Assembly: GCA_031389635.1 (NCBI GenBank)
Contig: JANMST010000520.1
Location: 1 to 33,333, forward strand
DNA from: Acidimicrobiia bacterium
GTDB taxonomy: Bacteria; Actinomycetota; Acidimicrobiia; Spongiisociales; ZC4RG35
DNA: 33,333 nt
Direction of reading: 5' to 3'
Of the stretch, positions 1 to 8,692 are shown piece after piece; the first letter of the stretch is position 1, and the number at the start of each line of letters is the position of its first letter. Below the pieces are notes generated by a model. The model was given only the letters and a program-made list of their open reading frames with translations, did not search any database and was not told the DNA's origin. A program made the translations under genes and the position numbers.

Positions 1-260
1 GCAAAAGTTATTTCCGAAATTGCTTTGTCTTGATTCGAAATTTCTAGTTCTCTCATCTCATTTGGTGTTCGATATTGCAGTACTTTTCTTGGCCTGTTAT
101 TGAGGTTGTTTTCGATTTCTTTGAGTCTTTCTGTGCTTACCTTATTGAAGTCCGTTCCTTTGGGCAGAAACCTTCTTATCAATCCGTTTGTATTTTCGTT
201 TGTACCTCTTTCCCATGAGGAATATGGATGCGCAAAGTAAATATCCATTCCCGTTATTTT
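1..260 (-). mobile_element. IS30-family transposase, C-terminal fragment (no N-terminus, no stop before window edge)
   Basis: Frame from 260 down to 3 reads KITGMDIYFAHPYSSWERGTNENTNGLIRRFLPKGTDFNK...LNNRPRKVLQYRTPNE, the IS30 C-terminal motifs. Markedly AT-rich compared with the rest of the window. Not in the ORF track. Confidence 0.9.
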
Positions 261-606
261 GGTCATTGCTGTTGGCTTGAGTAGTGACAGTGGTGCTAGA
301 CCCGTTGCCGTTGCCGCCGGCTTGCGTGGTGACCGTTGTTGGGGGGCCCCCACTCTGACCGTTGCCGCCGGCTTGCGTCGTGACCGTTGTTGGGGAGCCC
401 CCACTCTGACCGTTGCCGCCGGCTTGCGTCGTGACCGTTGTTGGGGAGCCCCCGCCCTGACTGTCGCCGCTGCCCGGGTTCGTGATCGTGGTGGGAGGGC
501 CCCCGCCCTGACCGTTGCCGCTGTCTTGGCCTGGGACGGCCAGGGCGGGCAAGGAAAGGCCAAGACAGAGGAGGATCGTCAATGCAAGTACGAACCGGCG
601 CGACAT
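261..606 (-). CDS. Secreted Gly/Thr/Asn-rich repeat protein, 3' end interrupted by IS30 sequence (track ORF runs on to a stop at 142 inside IS DNA)
   Basis: ATG at 606 after an AGGGGAG SD-like sequence. Signal peptide MSRRFVLALTILLCLGLSLPALA, then 17-aa repeats PTTVTTQAGGNGQSGGS. Junction position is approximate. Confidence 0.7.
308..460. repeat. 51-bp coding tandem repeat, 3 near-identical units plus degenerate flanking units
   Basis: ccgttgccgccggcttgcgt recurs at 308, 359 and 410 (period 51 nt = 17 codons). Confidence 0.9.
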
Positions 607-687
607 GGCTCCCCTTACATCGGCAATAGCCGCCCAGAAGCTGAGCGGGGGCGTCAAGAAAGCTGCCAATAAGCCGATGGTCATAGC

Positions 688-2061
688 ATGCGAAGTGGCG
701 CTTCGAATCAGCTTTTTTCGCCCAAACTGGGTTCCTTTGCCCGTGTCGCTGGCTTGCTGGCTGTTTTGTTCGCCATCATCGTGTTTGCGGACTCAGATCA
801 AGCCGAACGAATCGCTGCTGGCTCATTGGAGCTAGCGGCAACAGAGCGATCTCTCACATCGGCTGACTTGATCCGGGGCAATGTCGGAATCGGAGTTGTG
901 CTGGCAAGCGCCGAAGCGACCGGCGTCGACACTCCTGACCGGTGGCCAGCGGCCATCTCACTCGCGGAACGAGCTCACTCACAATTGCTTGAACAGCTAT
1001 CAGATCTGCATGACCCATATCTCACCACCCAGGGTGGGGTCATAGAAGATCACCTGCGCGAGATCGATGCCCTCCTCGAGTCGGGCGAAATCGACTTGGC
1101 CGATCAAATGGCGCGATCGCAGCTGGTGCCCTCGCTCGACGCCATCACCGCGAGTTTGCTAACGATTCGGGATGTCGTCGGTTCGCGTATCGAAGCCGAA
1201 CGCAGTTCGGCCGGGAACCTCGCACAAGCCACCAGCATCACCATTGCCGTACTCGGTCCGCTCCTCGCGGTCCTCGCGTATCGGGCGATCTCGCAGCGCC
1301 GCCAAACCGAGCGTGATCTCGAAGAAGCGCTCGCGTCCGAGCGCCGGTTGGTCGCGGCCAAGGATCAGATCATCACCAACCTGTCTCATGAACTTCGAAC
1401 ACCACTAACGAGCATCTACGGATTTGCATCGCTGCTGGTCGAGGGCTTGTCGCAAGCATCCGGTGCAACGGGCTCCGGGCCCCATCGAGCCAACGCCCAG
1501 ATCATCCTTTCGGAATCGGCCGCTCTCTCTCGGATGGTCGACGATCTTCTGACGTCTATCCGGGGCGACGAGGTGGGCATCAAGATCAAGCTGGTGGCGC
1601 TTTCGACCGGCGCAGAAATGGAAAAGGTGCTGCATCCCTTCGAGCAGGAGGGAGCCGAGATAAAGCAACACATCGAGGAGGCGCAGATTTGGGTCGACGG
1701 CATCCGCTTTCGCCAAGTGGTCCGCAACCTGGTTGCCAATGCTCGCCGACACGGCGGGCCCCGTATCGCGGTCGTCGGCCGAATTGTCGAAGACGATTAT
1801 GAGCTCGCCGTAGTTGACGACGGTCCCGGGGTGCCCGAAGCGCTCAGGATGCGCATGTTCGAGCGATTCGTCCATCGAGGGTCTGAACCTCTCGTCGCCG
1901 GAAGCCTGGGGCTTGGGCTCTCCATCGCCCGAGCTCTGACCGAACTCATGGGTGGCAGACTGCGCTACGAGCGAAGCGACGGCCTCACGAAGTTTCTACT
2001 GACGTTCCCATTGTCGGCCCAACTTCAGGAGCCTGCGATGATCGAGGCGCTGGCGTCCTAG
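688..2061 (+). CDS. Membrane-bound sensor histidine kinase (HisKA + HATPase_c)
   Basis: Two hydrophobic segments; H-box LSHELRTPLT, N-box NLVANA, G1 DDGPG, G2 GLGLSI. Start uncertain. Confidence 0.9.
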   Translation: MRSGASNQLFSPKLGSFARVAGLLAVLFAIIVFADSDQAERIAAGSLELAATERSLTSADLIRGNVGIGVVLASAEATGVDTPDRWPAAISLAERAHSQLLEQLSDLHDPYLTTQGGVIEDHLREIDALLESGEIDLADQMARSQLVPSLDAITASLLTIRDVVGSRIEAERSSAGNLAQATSITIAVLGPLLAVLAYRAISQRRQTERDLEEALASERRLVAAKDQIITNLSHELRTPLTSIYGFASLLVEGLSQASGATGSGPHRANAQIILSESAALSRMVDDLLTSIRGDEVGIKIKLVALSTGAEMEKVLHPFEQEGAEIKQHIEEAQIWVDGIRFRQVVRNLVANARRHGGPRIAVVGRIVEDDYELAVVDDGPGVPEALRMRMFERFVHRGSEPLVAGSLGLGLSIARALTELMGGRLRYERSDGLTKFLLTFPLSAQLQEPAMIEALAS

Positions 2062-2076
2062 GAAGACCTCGACGGC

Positions 2077-2592
2077 CTAGGGGTTCCGGGTGATCGACGC
2101 CAGGGCCGTCTCGACCTCGTCCGGTTCTATCGGCGGGTAGAAAACCATCGTGTACAAGTCACATCGCTCCTGACCGTCACCGTCGAACCATCCGGCCACC
2201 CAGACACCGTCTTCGAACGGGCCGACCACGGCTCGCTGACCGGCAATCTCGATCTCGCCTTTCTCTCCCGGCCATTCCCGGGGTGGCAGTGCTCCCCTGA
2301 TCAGGGCCACCGTCAGGTCCCCTTCCCCGTCGACCCAAAAGACCGACCGGGTACCCCCCAGAGCGGTGAATTCGTCTTCTTCGATCGCAGCCAGGTCCGC
2401 GCTCTCGCCGGCCACCCTGGTTGGAAGTTCCGGCACCTGATAGGGAATCTGGGGGCATTCGACGAGAGGTTCCAAGGTCGTCGTCGACTCGGGCGGAGCC
2501 GTTGTTATCGAGACAAGGCTGGTAGTCGACTCGGGGCTGGCTGAACAAGCACCGACGAGCAGCAGCGGTACCGCGACACGGAGGAAACGCAT
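2077..2592 (-). CDS. Hypothetical lipoprotein
   Basis: MRFLRVAVPLLLVGA-C lipobox and Ser/Thr-rich linker. ATG at 2592 lies 6 nt from a TATCGT -10 box. Confidence 0.75.
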   Translation of the reverse strand: MRFLRVAVPLLLVGACSASPESTTSLVSITTAPPESTTTLEPLVECPQIPYQVPELPTRVAGESADLAAIEEDEFTALGGTRSVFWVDGEGDLTVALIRGALPPREWPGEKGEIEIAGQRAVVGPFEDGVWVAGWFDGDGQERCDLYTMVFYPPIEPDEVETALASITRNP

Positions 2593-2598
2593 CCGGCC

Positions 2599-2604
2599 AC
2601 GATA
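2599..2604 (-). promoter_or_regulatory. Putative -10 box (TATCGT) of leaderless lipoprotein gene
   Basis: TANNNT 6 nt upstream of ATG 2592; no SD. Confidence 0.55.
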
Positions 2605-2607
2605 AGT

Positions 2608-2656
2608 ACCTCCAACCTCCAACCTCCAACCTCGAACTTCGAACTTCGAACTTCGA
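2608..2656. repeat. Heptamer tandem array A: (ACCTCCA)3 ACCTCGA (ACTTCGA)3
   Basis: Seven in-phase 7-bp units read directly. Confidence 0.95.
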
Positions 2657-2664
2657 ACCGCCGT

Positions 2665-2670
2665 TAGGGT
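2665..2670 (+). promoter_or_regulatory. Putative -10 box (TAGGGT) of leaderless M20 gene
   Basis: TANNNT 6 nt upstream of ATG 2677; no SD. Confidence 0.6.
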
Positions 2671-2676
2671 CCGGCC

Positions 2677-3825
2677 ATGGACCCGAAGTCAAGCGCTCGT
2701 GCAACCATCGAAAGCCATGCCGGGGAACTGCGCGACATCAGTCGATGGATGTTTCACAACCCCGAGGTCGCCTTTCAGGAACACCAGACCTCGGCCAAGC
2801 TGGCCCAATATCTCTCCAGTCAGGGTTTCAAAGTCGAGTATCCCGCCTACGGGCTCGAGACCGCCTTTGTCGCCCGGACCGGATCAACCGGACCCGAGGT
2901 CGTGATCTGCGCCGAGTACGACGCCCTGCCCGGGGTAGGCCAGGCCTGCGGACACAACATCATCGCCACCTCCGCCCTCGGAGCCGGCCTCGGCCTCAAA
3001 GACCTCGCCGAGTCGCTGGGCATCAGAGTCACCGTGCTTGGCACTCCCGCCGAGGAGTTGTACGGGGGCAAGGTCGACCTGATCAACGCCGGGGCCTTCT
3101 CCGACGCCTCACTGGCGATGATGGTGCATCCATCGACCCACGACGTGGTCGACCCGACCGTGATCTCCGTGGTCCATCTCGATGTCTCGTTCCGCGGCAA
3201 ATCGGCACATGCGTCATCGTTTCCATTCTCCGGGATCAACGCACTCGATGCCTTCGTCCAGGCTTACGTGAACGTCTCCACCCTGCGCCAGCAACTGGAG
3301 ACGACCGACAAGGTGCACGGGATCATCACACATGGAGGTGACGCCGCCAACATCATCCCGGACTTCACCAGGTCGACCTGGTATGTGCGAGCGCCACATC
3401 AGGAGCGACTGGACGTCCTTCTCCCTCGCATCATCGCCTGTTTTGAAGCGGCGGCCACCGCCACAGGATGCACAATGAAATTCGAGTCGGTCGGTCACCC
3501 CTTCGAGAACATGCGCCACAACCCGGTGCTGGTCGATCTCTACGGAGCAAATTCCGCCGCCATCGGCCGGCCGATGTTGCGGGGCGGCGACCTTCCTCCT
3601 CACCTCTCAGGATCGACCGACATGGGGAATGTGTCGAAAGTGGTGCCCGCGATCCATCCGATGATCAGCATCGACAGCCTGCCGGCCAGCAACCACCAGC
3701 CGGAATTCGCCGCTCACACCATCACCCCGGCCGGGGAGAAGGCCATCGTCGACGGTGCCATAGGAATGGCCTGGACAGTGATCGATGTAGCGATCGGAGA
3801 TCGCTGGGGAGAGCTTGCCGGCTAG
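2677..3825 (+). CDS. M20-family amidohydrolase (M20D / AbgB-PM20D2-like)
   Basis: Motifs EYDALP, CGHN, GTPAEE, GKSAHA, GINALDA, GSTDMGNVS. Confidence 0.9.
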   Translation: MDPKSSARATIESHAGELRDISRWMFHNPEVAFQEHQTSAKLAQYLSSQGFKVEYPAYGLETAFVARTGSTGPEVVICAEYDALPGVGQACGHNIIATSALGAGLGLKDLAESLGIRVTVLGTPAEELYGGKVDLINAGAFSDASLAMMVHPSTHDVVDPTVISVVHLDVSFRGKSAHASSFPFSGINALDAFVQAYVNVSTLRQQLETTDKVHGIITHGGDAANIIPDFTRSTWYVRAPHQERLDVLLPRIIACFEAAATATGCTMKFESVGHPFENMRHNPVLVDLYGANSAAIGRPMLRGGDLPPHLSGSTDMGNVSKVVPAIHPMISIDSLPASNHQPEFAAHTITPAGEKAIVDGAIGMAWTVIDVAIGDRWGELAG

Positions 3826-3837
3826 ACGCCGTCAAGC

Positions 3838-3915
3838 GGTTTGAGGTTTGAAGTTTGAGGCTTGAGGCTTGCGAGGTGAGGCAACCTCGAACTTCGGACC
3901 TCAAACCTCGAACCT
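3838..3915. repeat. Inverted heptamer arrays B between convergent genes (hairpin/terminator-like)
   Basis: Left arm GGTTTGA GGTTTGA AGTTTGA GGCTTGA GGCTTGC; right arm ACCTCGA ACTTCGG ACCTCAA ACCTCGA in the complementary orientation. Confidence 0.9.
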
Positions 3916-3918
3916 TCG

Positions 3919-5487
3919 TCAGCCGCCAATCGCGTAGAACTTTCCGTCTCTTACTCCCACATATATCCGACCGTTCCATACCGCCGGGGTCGACTCGATG
4001 CATGACTCCGAGAGCTGCAGGGTCCATTGAAGAATCGGCTGGCGCGGATCAGCGATGGAGTACGACCGCATCTCGCCGGTGCAACTCGCCACCAGCAGCT
4101 CTTCTCCAACGACCACCGGCGACGACCACGAATGCCATCCGATCTCTTCTCTGAACACGACCTCACCCGTCTCTTGATCGACCGCGAGAAGCTCGCCCGG
4201 ATTGGTCGAGGCATAAAGGACCCCGTCGCCGAGGGCCGGGGTGGCCCAGAAGCCTCCAAAGTCGGTGCCGCCAGGTACCTGGACCCCCCATACAAAGGGA
4301 TCCTCGGCGGACGGGTCGAGCTTGATCAGCTGACCAAGGTCGCGTGAGCGCTGGTTCTTGCGCTCCTCCTCGACGGCGGCGTAGATGTTGCCTTCGTGGT
4401 CGGAGATCAAGGTTGCATCGGTGTCATCCCCGACCCAATAGTCGAAGACCAACGGGGCATTGCCGTTCTCGATGTCGGAGATGTCGAAACCGGCCACTCG
4501 GCCGCCGGAATTGGAGAAATAGGCCGTCTCCCCGTGGACCATCACCGAGCTCTCGATCGAGACGTTGCGACCTACCAGCCCGAGGAGTTCCTGGGTCCAG
4601 CCGGGAGTCTGGAAGAGGATTTCCGGTGCTATTGCCACCAGTCCATCGCCGCCCATCGACCGGTTGAGCTTTACCGCAAAGAACCACGAGTTCTCACCAC
4701 CTTCGTACATCACGTCGTCAACGATCACCGGGTTGCCGTCCCAATCGTCGTTCCAGATGCCGTCGACCGCCGTCGCCTCGAGACCCCATAGCTCGATCGG
4801 CTCTGGCCGGTCGAGCGCAACGATTCGCAACCGGTTGTCGCGGGAACCGAAGTAGAGCAACGGATAGCCGTCGGGGTCGAGGGTCACCGAGCCCTTGATG
4901 ATGTCCCCTACCGGAAACGAAGGGCGAAGTTCGGCTCCGCTCTCGGCGTCGAGAAAGTGAACGGCTTTGTCGTAAGCGCCAAAGATGACCTCGGTGATTC
5001 CGTCCGGTCGCTCCCACACCACGGGTTGTCCGGTCCATCCTGATCCGCACCAGACACTCGATACTCCTGCGACCGAAGAGGAACCGCACATGCCTCCTTC
5101 CGGCGGATAGGACCACAACACCCGGGGATTCTCGGGAAGCGGCCCGCTCCCGTAGAACGTACGGGTGGGATTCCCCCGGAACATCGTCAGACCCACTGTC
5201 GATCCCCACGGCTCACCCACCGTAAAACCGGGCACGGTGCCGGGCTCCCGAGCCGGCAATGTGGTGGTGGTCGTCGTCGCAACTGTCGTGGTTGGGGCTC
5301 TCGTGGTAGTCGTCGGAGCGACTGTGGTGGTGGTGGCCTCGACGGCCAACCGCGCTGACTCGGACGATTCCTTCATCACCGCGTAGCTCACCGCCCCCAC
5401 CATCGACCCGAACAGGACCACGATCACGGCGGCGGCTCGCATCCGGGACGGAGCGGCCGCCGGATCCGGTGGTCGGTCGGGCGTCAC
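3919..5487 (-). CDS. Membrane-anchored PQQ-like (BamB-type) beta-propeller repeat protein
   Basis: N-terminal hydrophobic helix and Thr-rich linker; FRGNPTRT; repeated Trp-containing blades (WSSPVVVG, ESTPAVWNGRIYVG). GTG at 5487 overlaps the upstream TGA (GTGA). Confidence 0.8.
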   Translation of the reverse strand: MTPDRPPDPAAAPSRMRAAAVIVVLFGSMVGAVSYAVMKESSESARLAVEATTTTVAPTTTTRAPTTTVATTTTTTLPAREPGTVPGFTVGEPWGSTVGLTMFRGNPTRTFYGSGPLPENPRVLWSYPPEGGMCGSSSVAGVSSVWCGSGWTGQPVVWERPDGITEVIFGAYDKAVHFLDAESGAELRPSFPVGDIIKGSVTLDPDGYPLLYFGSRDNRLRIVALDRPEPIELWGLEATAVDGIWNDDWDGNPVIVDDVMYEGGENSWFFAVKLNRSMGGDGLVAIAPEILFQTPGWTQELLGLVGRNVSIESSVMVHGETAYFSNSGGRVAGFDISDIENGNAPLVFDYWVGDDTDATLISDHEGNIYAAVEEERKNQRSRDLGQLIKLDPSAEDPFVWGVQVPGGTDFGGFWATPALGDGVLYASTNPGELLAVDQETGEVVFREEIGWHSWSSPVVVGEELLVASCTGEMRSYSIADPRQPILQWTLQLSESCIESTPAVWNGRIYVGVRDGKFYAIGG

Positions 5488-6572
5488 GGCGCCCCGCAAG
5501 GAGGATCGTCGGTCAGCACCGGGTGCCCGGAACTCTCAATCACGGCCGGGATCAGACAACCGGTGATCTCACCTTCTGGAGAGATCACCACCCTTGCAAC
5601 TCCCGTGGCGGCGCTCGCCGGCGACAACTCGGGCCATACGAAGTTGCCGAGGCTCCAGAAGACCGGTCGGTCCTCGACGGTCTCGAACGGTTGCAACCGG
5701 TGGGGATGGTGACCGAAGACCGCGTCGGCGCCGGCAGCAATCATTGCCTCCGCCCTTTCCACGTCCTCGTCCCTGGGAGTCGCGTCCAGTTCCACCCCCC
5801 AGTGGACTGACACCACAACGAAGTCTGCCACAGAGGCGGCAGCTTCGACTGTCGACACCATGGACTCGATGGTGTCTCCGTCCGCCATCCCGGCTTGCTC
5901 GCCGGTTGCAATCCAACCGTCGTGAGGTCGGATGCCGCCGAAGCCGACGACCGCAATCCGCCAGCCGTTGATATGGAAAAGTGCAGGGATGGCGGCGACC
6001 GGGGCGGTCCGACCGGCTCCAACGGGCACCACCCCGATGGTCGACAGGTTCTGCATGCCGTCGAGCAGGGCTTCCTTGCCATAGTCCTGGGAGTGATTGT
6101 TGCCGAGATTGGCAACTTCAACTCCCGCCGCCGCCATCTCGGTCAACCCGTCGGCACACTGAAAGACAAACTCTTTGTCCTCGGCCGCCCCGAGAGCGGA
6201 TGGCGAGCACTCGAGGTTGACCAGCGTGAGGTCGTCGTCAAGGAACAAGCCATCGAGACCGCTCCAGGCCCATTCGTAGCCGTGGCTAGCCAGGGCGGGA
6301 ATGTAGGAAGGGTCGAGGTTGACATCGCCGGTCCCCTGGACGGTGACCCACCCCCTGGGCGGAACCGTGATGGCGGTAGACGTTGTGGTCGGCGCAGCCG
6401 TAGTGGTAGGTGGAGGGTTCGAGGTTGGAGGTGCGAGGTTCGAGGTTCGAGGTTGAGCCCCTGCCGGGGCGGAAGTCGGGGCTCCGGCGGATTGGCCGGC
6501 GCAAGCAAATGCAGCGGTGCCGAGTGCAAGCCCGCCCACAAGCACAACAACTACGCGCAAAGGGGAGGACAC
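5484..6572 (-). CDS. CapA (PGA_cap) family metallophosphoesterase-fold lipoprotein
   Basis: GDV, NLE, LGNNHSQDYG, HWG, GHHPH, SLGNF motifs; lipobox-like AFA-C; TACCCT -10 box 7 nt upstream of the GTG. Confidence 0.88.
   Translation of the reverse strand: MSSPLRVVVVLVGGLALGTAAFACAGQSAGAPTSAPAGAQPRTSNLAPPTSNPPPTTTAAPTTTSTAITVPPRGWVTVQGTGDVNLDPSYIPALASHGYEWAWSGLDGLFLDDDLTLVNLECSPSALGAAEDKEFVFQCADGLTEMAAAGVEVANLGNNHSQDYGKEALLDGMQNLSTIGVVPVGAGRTAPVAAIPALFHINGWRIAVVGFGGIRPHDGWIATGEQAGMADGDTIESMVSTVEAAASVADFVVVSVHWGVELDATPRDEDVERAEAMIAAGADAVFGHHPHRLQPFETVEDRPVFWSLGNFVWPELSPASAATGVARVVISPEGEITGCLIPAVIESSGHPVLTDDPPCGAP
6416..6457. repeat. Heptamer array C inside the CapA-family CDS linker
   Basis: GGTTCGA GGTTGGA GGTGCGA GGTTCGA GGTTCGA GGTTGAG, encoding QPRTSNLAPPTSN on the minus strand. 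Confidence 0.85.
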
Positions 6573-6627
6573 CCCGAAAAGGGTAGGAGCGACCCGAACG
6601 GTATTACCGCAACTTCGACCCGATCAG

Positions 6628-6702
6628 GCCTCGAACTTCATACCTCGAACCCCAAACCCTCCGGAACCACCACTCACCACGTACCACACAAAACGCACCA
6701 CG
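6628..6702. repeat. Composite heptamer array D (ACCTCGA family followed by CACCACG family)
   Basis: GCCTCGA ACTTCAT ACCTCGA ACCCCAA, then CACCACT CACCACG TACCACA CAAAACG CACCACG. Confidence 0.75.
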
Positions 6703-6710
6703 GTTCGGGC

Positions 6711-7469
6711 CTACAAAATCTGCGCCAGGAACTGCTTGGTTCTGTCCTCGGTCGGAGCAGTGAAGAAATGCTCCGGGGTCCCTACCTCGACTATCTGCCC
6801 ATCGGCCATGAAGACCACACGGTCGGCGACGGCCCGGGCAAAACCCATCTCATGGGTGACAACGATCATCGTCATCCCCGATGTGGCGAGTTCCTCCATC
6901 GACTCGAGGACTTCCTTGATCATCTCCGGATCAAGGGCCGAGGTCGGCTCATCGAACAACATAACCTTCGGTTGCATCGCCAGCGAACGAGCGATCGCCA
7001 CCCGCTGCTGCTGACCACCGGACAGCTGACCGGGAAACTTGTGGGCCTGCTCGGGAATCCGGACCTGCTCCAGCATGGACATCCCCAGGTCCTCGGCCCT
7101 GTCCCGGGGCATCCGCCGCACCTGCCGGGGAGCAAGGGTGACATTGTCGAGAACGGTCAGATGAGGAAAGAGGTTGAACTGCTGGAAGACCATGCCGGTC
7201 TCGCGACGTACTTCCTGAATCCGGCGCAGATCATCGCTAAGTTCGATCCCATCGACTACTACGCGCCCCCGGTCGTGCTTTTCCAGGCGATTCACACAGC
7301 GGATGAGCGTGCTCTTGCCCGAACCGGAGGGACCTATGACGACCACAACCTCCTTCCGGGCGACCACCAGGTTGATGTCCTTCAAAGCCTGGAAGGTCCC
7401 GAAGAACTTGTCGACGTTCTCCATCAGAATCATGGGGCCATCGACCGACGTCGGCATTGGGACTGTCAC
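6711..7469 (-). CDS. aapP: Amino-acid ABC transporter ATP-binding protein (AapP/BztD/GlnQ-like)
   Basis: Walker [38 protein letters not shown] at 7469 overlaps the upstream TGA; ATG 7457 is an alternative start. Confidence 0.92.
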   Translation of the reverse strand: MTVPMPTSVDGPMILMENVDKFFGTFQALKDINLVVARKEVVVVIGPSGSGKSTLIRCVNRLEKHDRGRVVVDGIELSDDLRRIQEVRRETGMVFQQFNLFPHLTVLDNVTLAPRQVRRMPRDRAEDLGMSMLEQVRIPEQAHKFPGQLSGGQQQRVAIARSLAMQPKVMLFDEPTSALDPEMIKEVLESMEELATSGMTMIVVTHEMGFARAVADRVVFMADGQIVEVGTPEHFFTAPTEDRTKQFLAQIL

Positions 7470-8692
7470 CTTTCTCCGATCCCCAGCCGACGCTCGAGTC
7501 GCCTGGCCTCTCGCGACATGGTGTAGCAGCCCGCCCAAAAAGCAAGCGCGACGAATGGCAACGTGATCCGGGCCAGACCCTGAGCGTTGAAGGCCGGCTG
7601 CGTGTTGGCGAATCCGGACGCGGCGAGGATGTCTGGAAAGCCCACAACGGCGACCAGGGTCGTGTCCTTGAACAAGCTGATGAATTGCCCGACCATCGCC
7701 GGGATCGTGGCACGCAATGCCTGGGGCATCACAATCGAACGAGTTGTCTGGAAGGCGCTGAGACCGAGCGAGGCGGCTGCCTCCGTCTGTCCCGGCGGAA
7801 CCGCATGGAACCCTCCACGGACGACTTCAGCGATGTAGGCCGCTTCGAAGAGGGTGATAGCGATCAGCACCCTTGTAACACCCGAAGGGCGAAGCTCCAG
7901 GGGGAGGAAGAACCCCAGGGCGAACACACCCAGAAGGAGCAACGTTATGAGTGGCACTCCCCTGATCAACTCGATGTAGGTGACCGAGAGTCCTTTGACG
8001 ATAGGCAGAGAGGAGCGCCGGCCCAGGGCCAGCAGGATCCCGAGCGGGAAGGCGAACATGACACCGGCCATGGTCAGAAAAAGGTTCAACTGCAGGCCAC
8101 CCCATTGGTCCCACCCGATGCCCGATGTGGTCAGCGTCAGATACGCAGCGATCGGGAGCAAAAGAGCCAGCAACCACATCCACCTACGAGCACCGGACGG
8201 AACAGCCCGGCCGAGCCGGTTGGCGACCACTCCCACAAGCAACGCGCTGGCGACTGCGGTGGCCGGGCCTGGCGTTTGGGTCAGACCCAAACAGACCGCC
8301 ACGACCAGCCCCAGGGGCCAGAAGCGACGAGAGATCTGGACGAGGCTGCTGGCCGGGGTGAGCGGCAGACCGGCCTCACGGGCTCGGGCGGCAGTGCCCG
8401 ACCACACCAGGCCCGCCACCAGTCCGGTCATCGCTGCAATCACCGAAGCGCTGGCGGCCACTCGCCACAGCTGATCCCGGGGAAAGCCGCCCACAACGAA
8501 AAGCGCGAGATTTACCCGAAGAATCGTGAAGTCCGCGGCCGCGACGAAGCGGATCAGAGCGACCAAGGCGACAGCCAGCATCGTCCCCAGGACCAAGGTA
8601 AGGAAGCCATTGATGGGTGTGGAAAGAAGGTTCTTCCTGATCCAGTGGAGGGCCCCGGGGCGGGCTCGTGCGGGCATCGTCGCCGTCGCCAT
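7466..8692 (-). CDS. aapM: Amino-acid ABC transporter permease (AapM/BztC-like)
   Basis: [43 protein letters not shown] 8692 in a TGATG overlap. Confidence 0.9.
   Translation of the reverse strand: MATATMPARARPGALHWIRKNLLSTPINGFLTLVLGTMLAVALVALIRFVAAADFTILRVNLALFVVGGFPRDQLWRVAASASVIAAMTGLVAGLVWSGTAARAREAGLPLTPASSLVQISRRFWPLGLVVAVCLGLTQTPGPATAVASALLVGVVANRLGRAVPSGARRWMWLLALLLPIAAYLTLTTSGIGWDQWGGLQLNLFLTMAGVMFAFPLGILLALGRRSSLPIVKGLSVTYIELIRGVPLITLLLLGVFALGFFLPLELRPSGVTRVLIAITLFEAAYIAEVVRGGFHAVPPGQTEAAASLGLSAFQTTRSIVMPQALRATIPAMVGQFISLFKDTTLVAVVGFPDILAASGFANTQPAFNAQGLARITLPFVALAFWAGCYTMSREARRLERRLGIGER

Noticed and set aside
308-460. 51-bp repeats as a CRISPR array
   Set aside because: Contiguous in-frame units with no unique spacers, and no cas genes.
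142-684. Track ORF of 180 aa as an intact gene
   Set aside because: The C-terminal ~40 residues are out-of-frame IS30 DNA, and the SD-led ATG at 606 is a better start.
3722-4154. Small ORFs crossing heptamer arrays (EVRGLRSEVR / RTSDLKPRT peptides; also 9947-10132, 14234-14584, 29028-29210)
   Set aside because: The peptides are translations of the 7-bp periodicity and overlap real genes.
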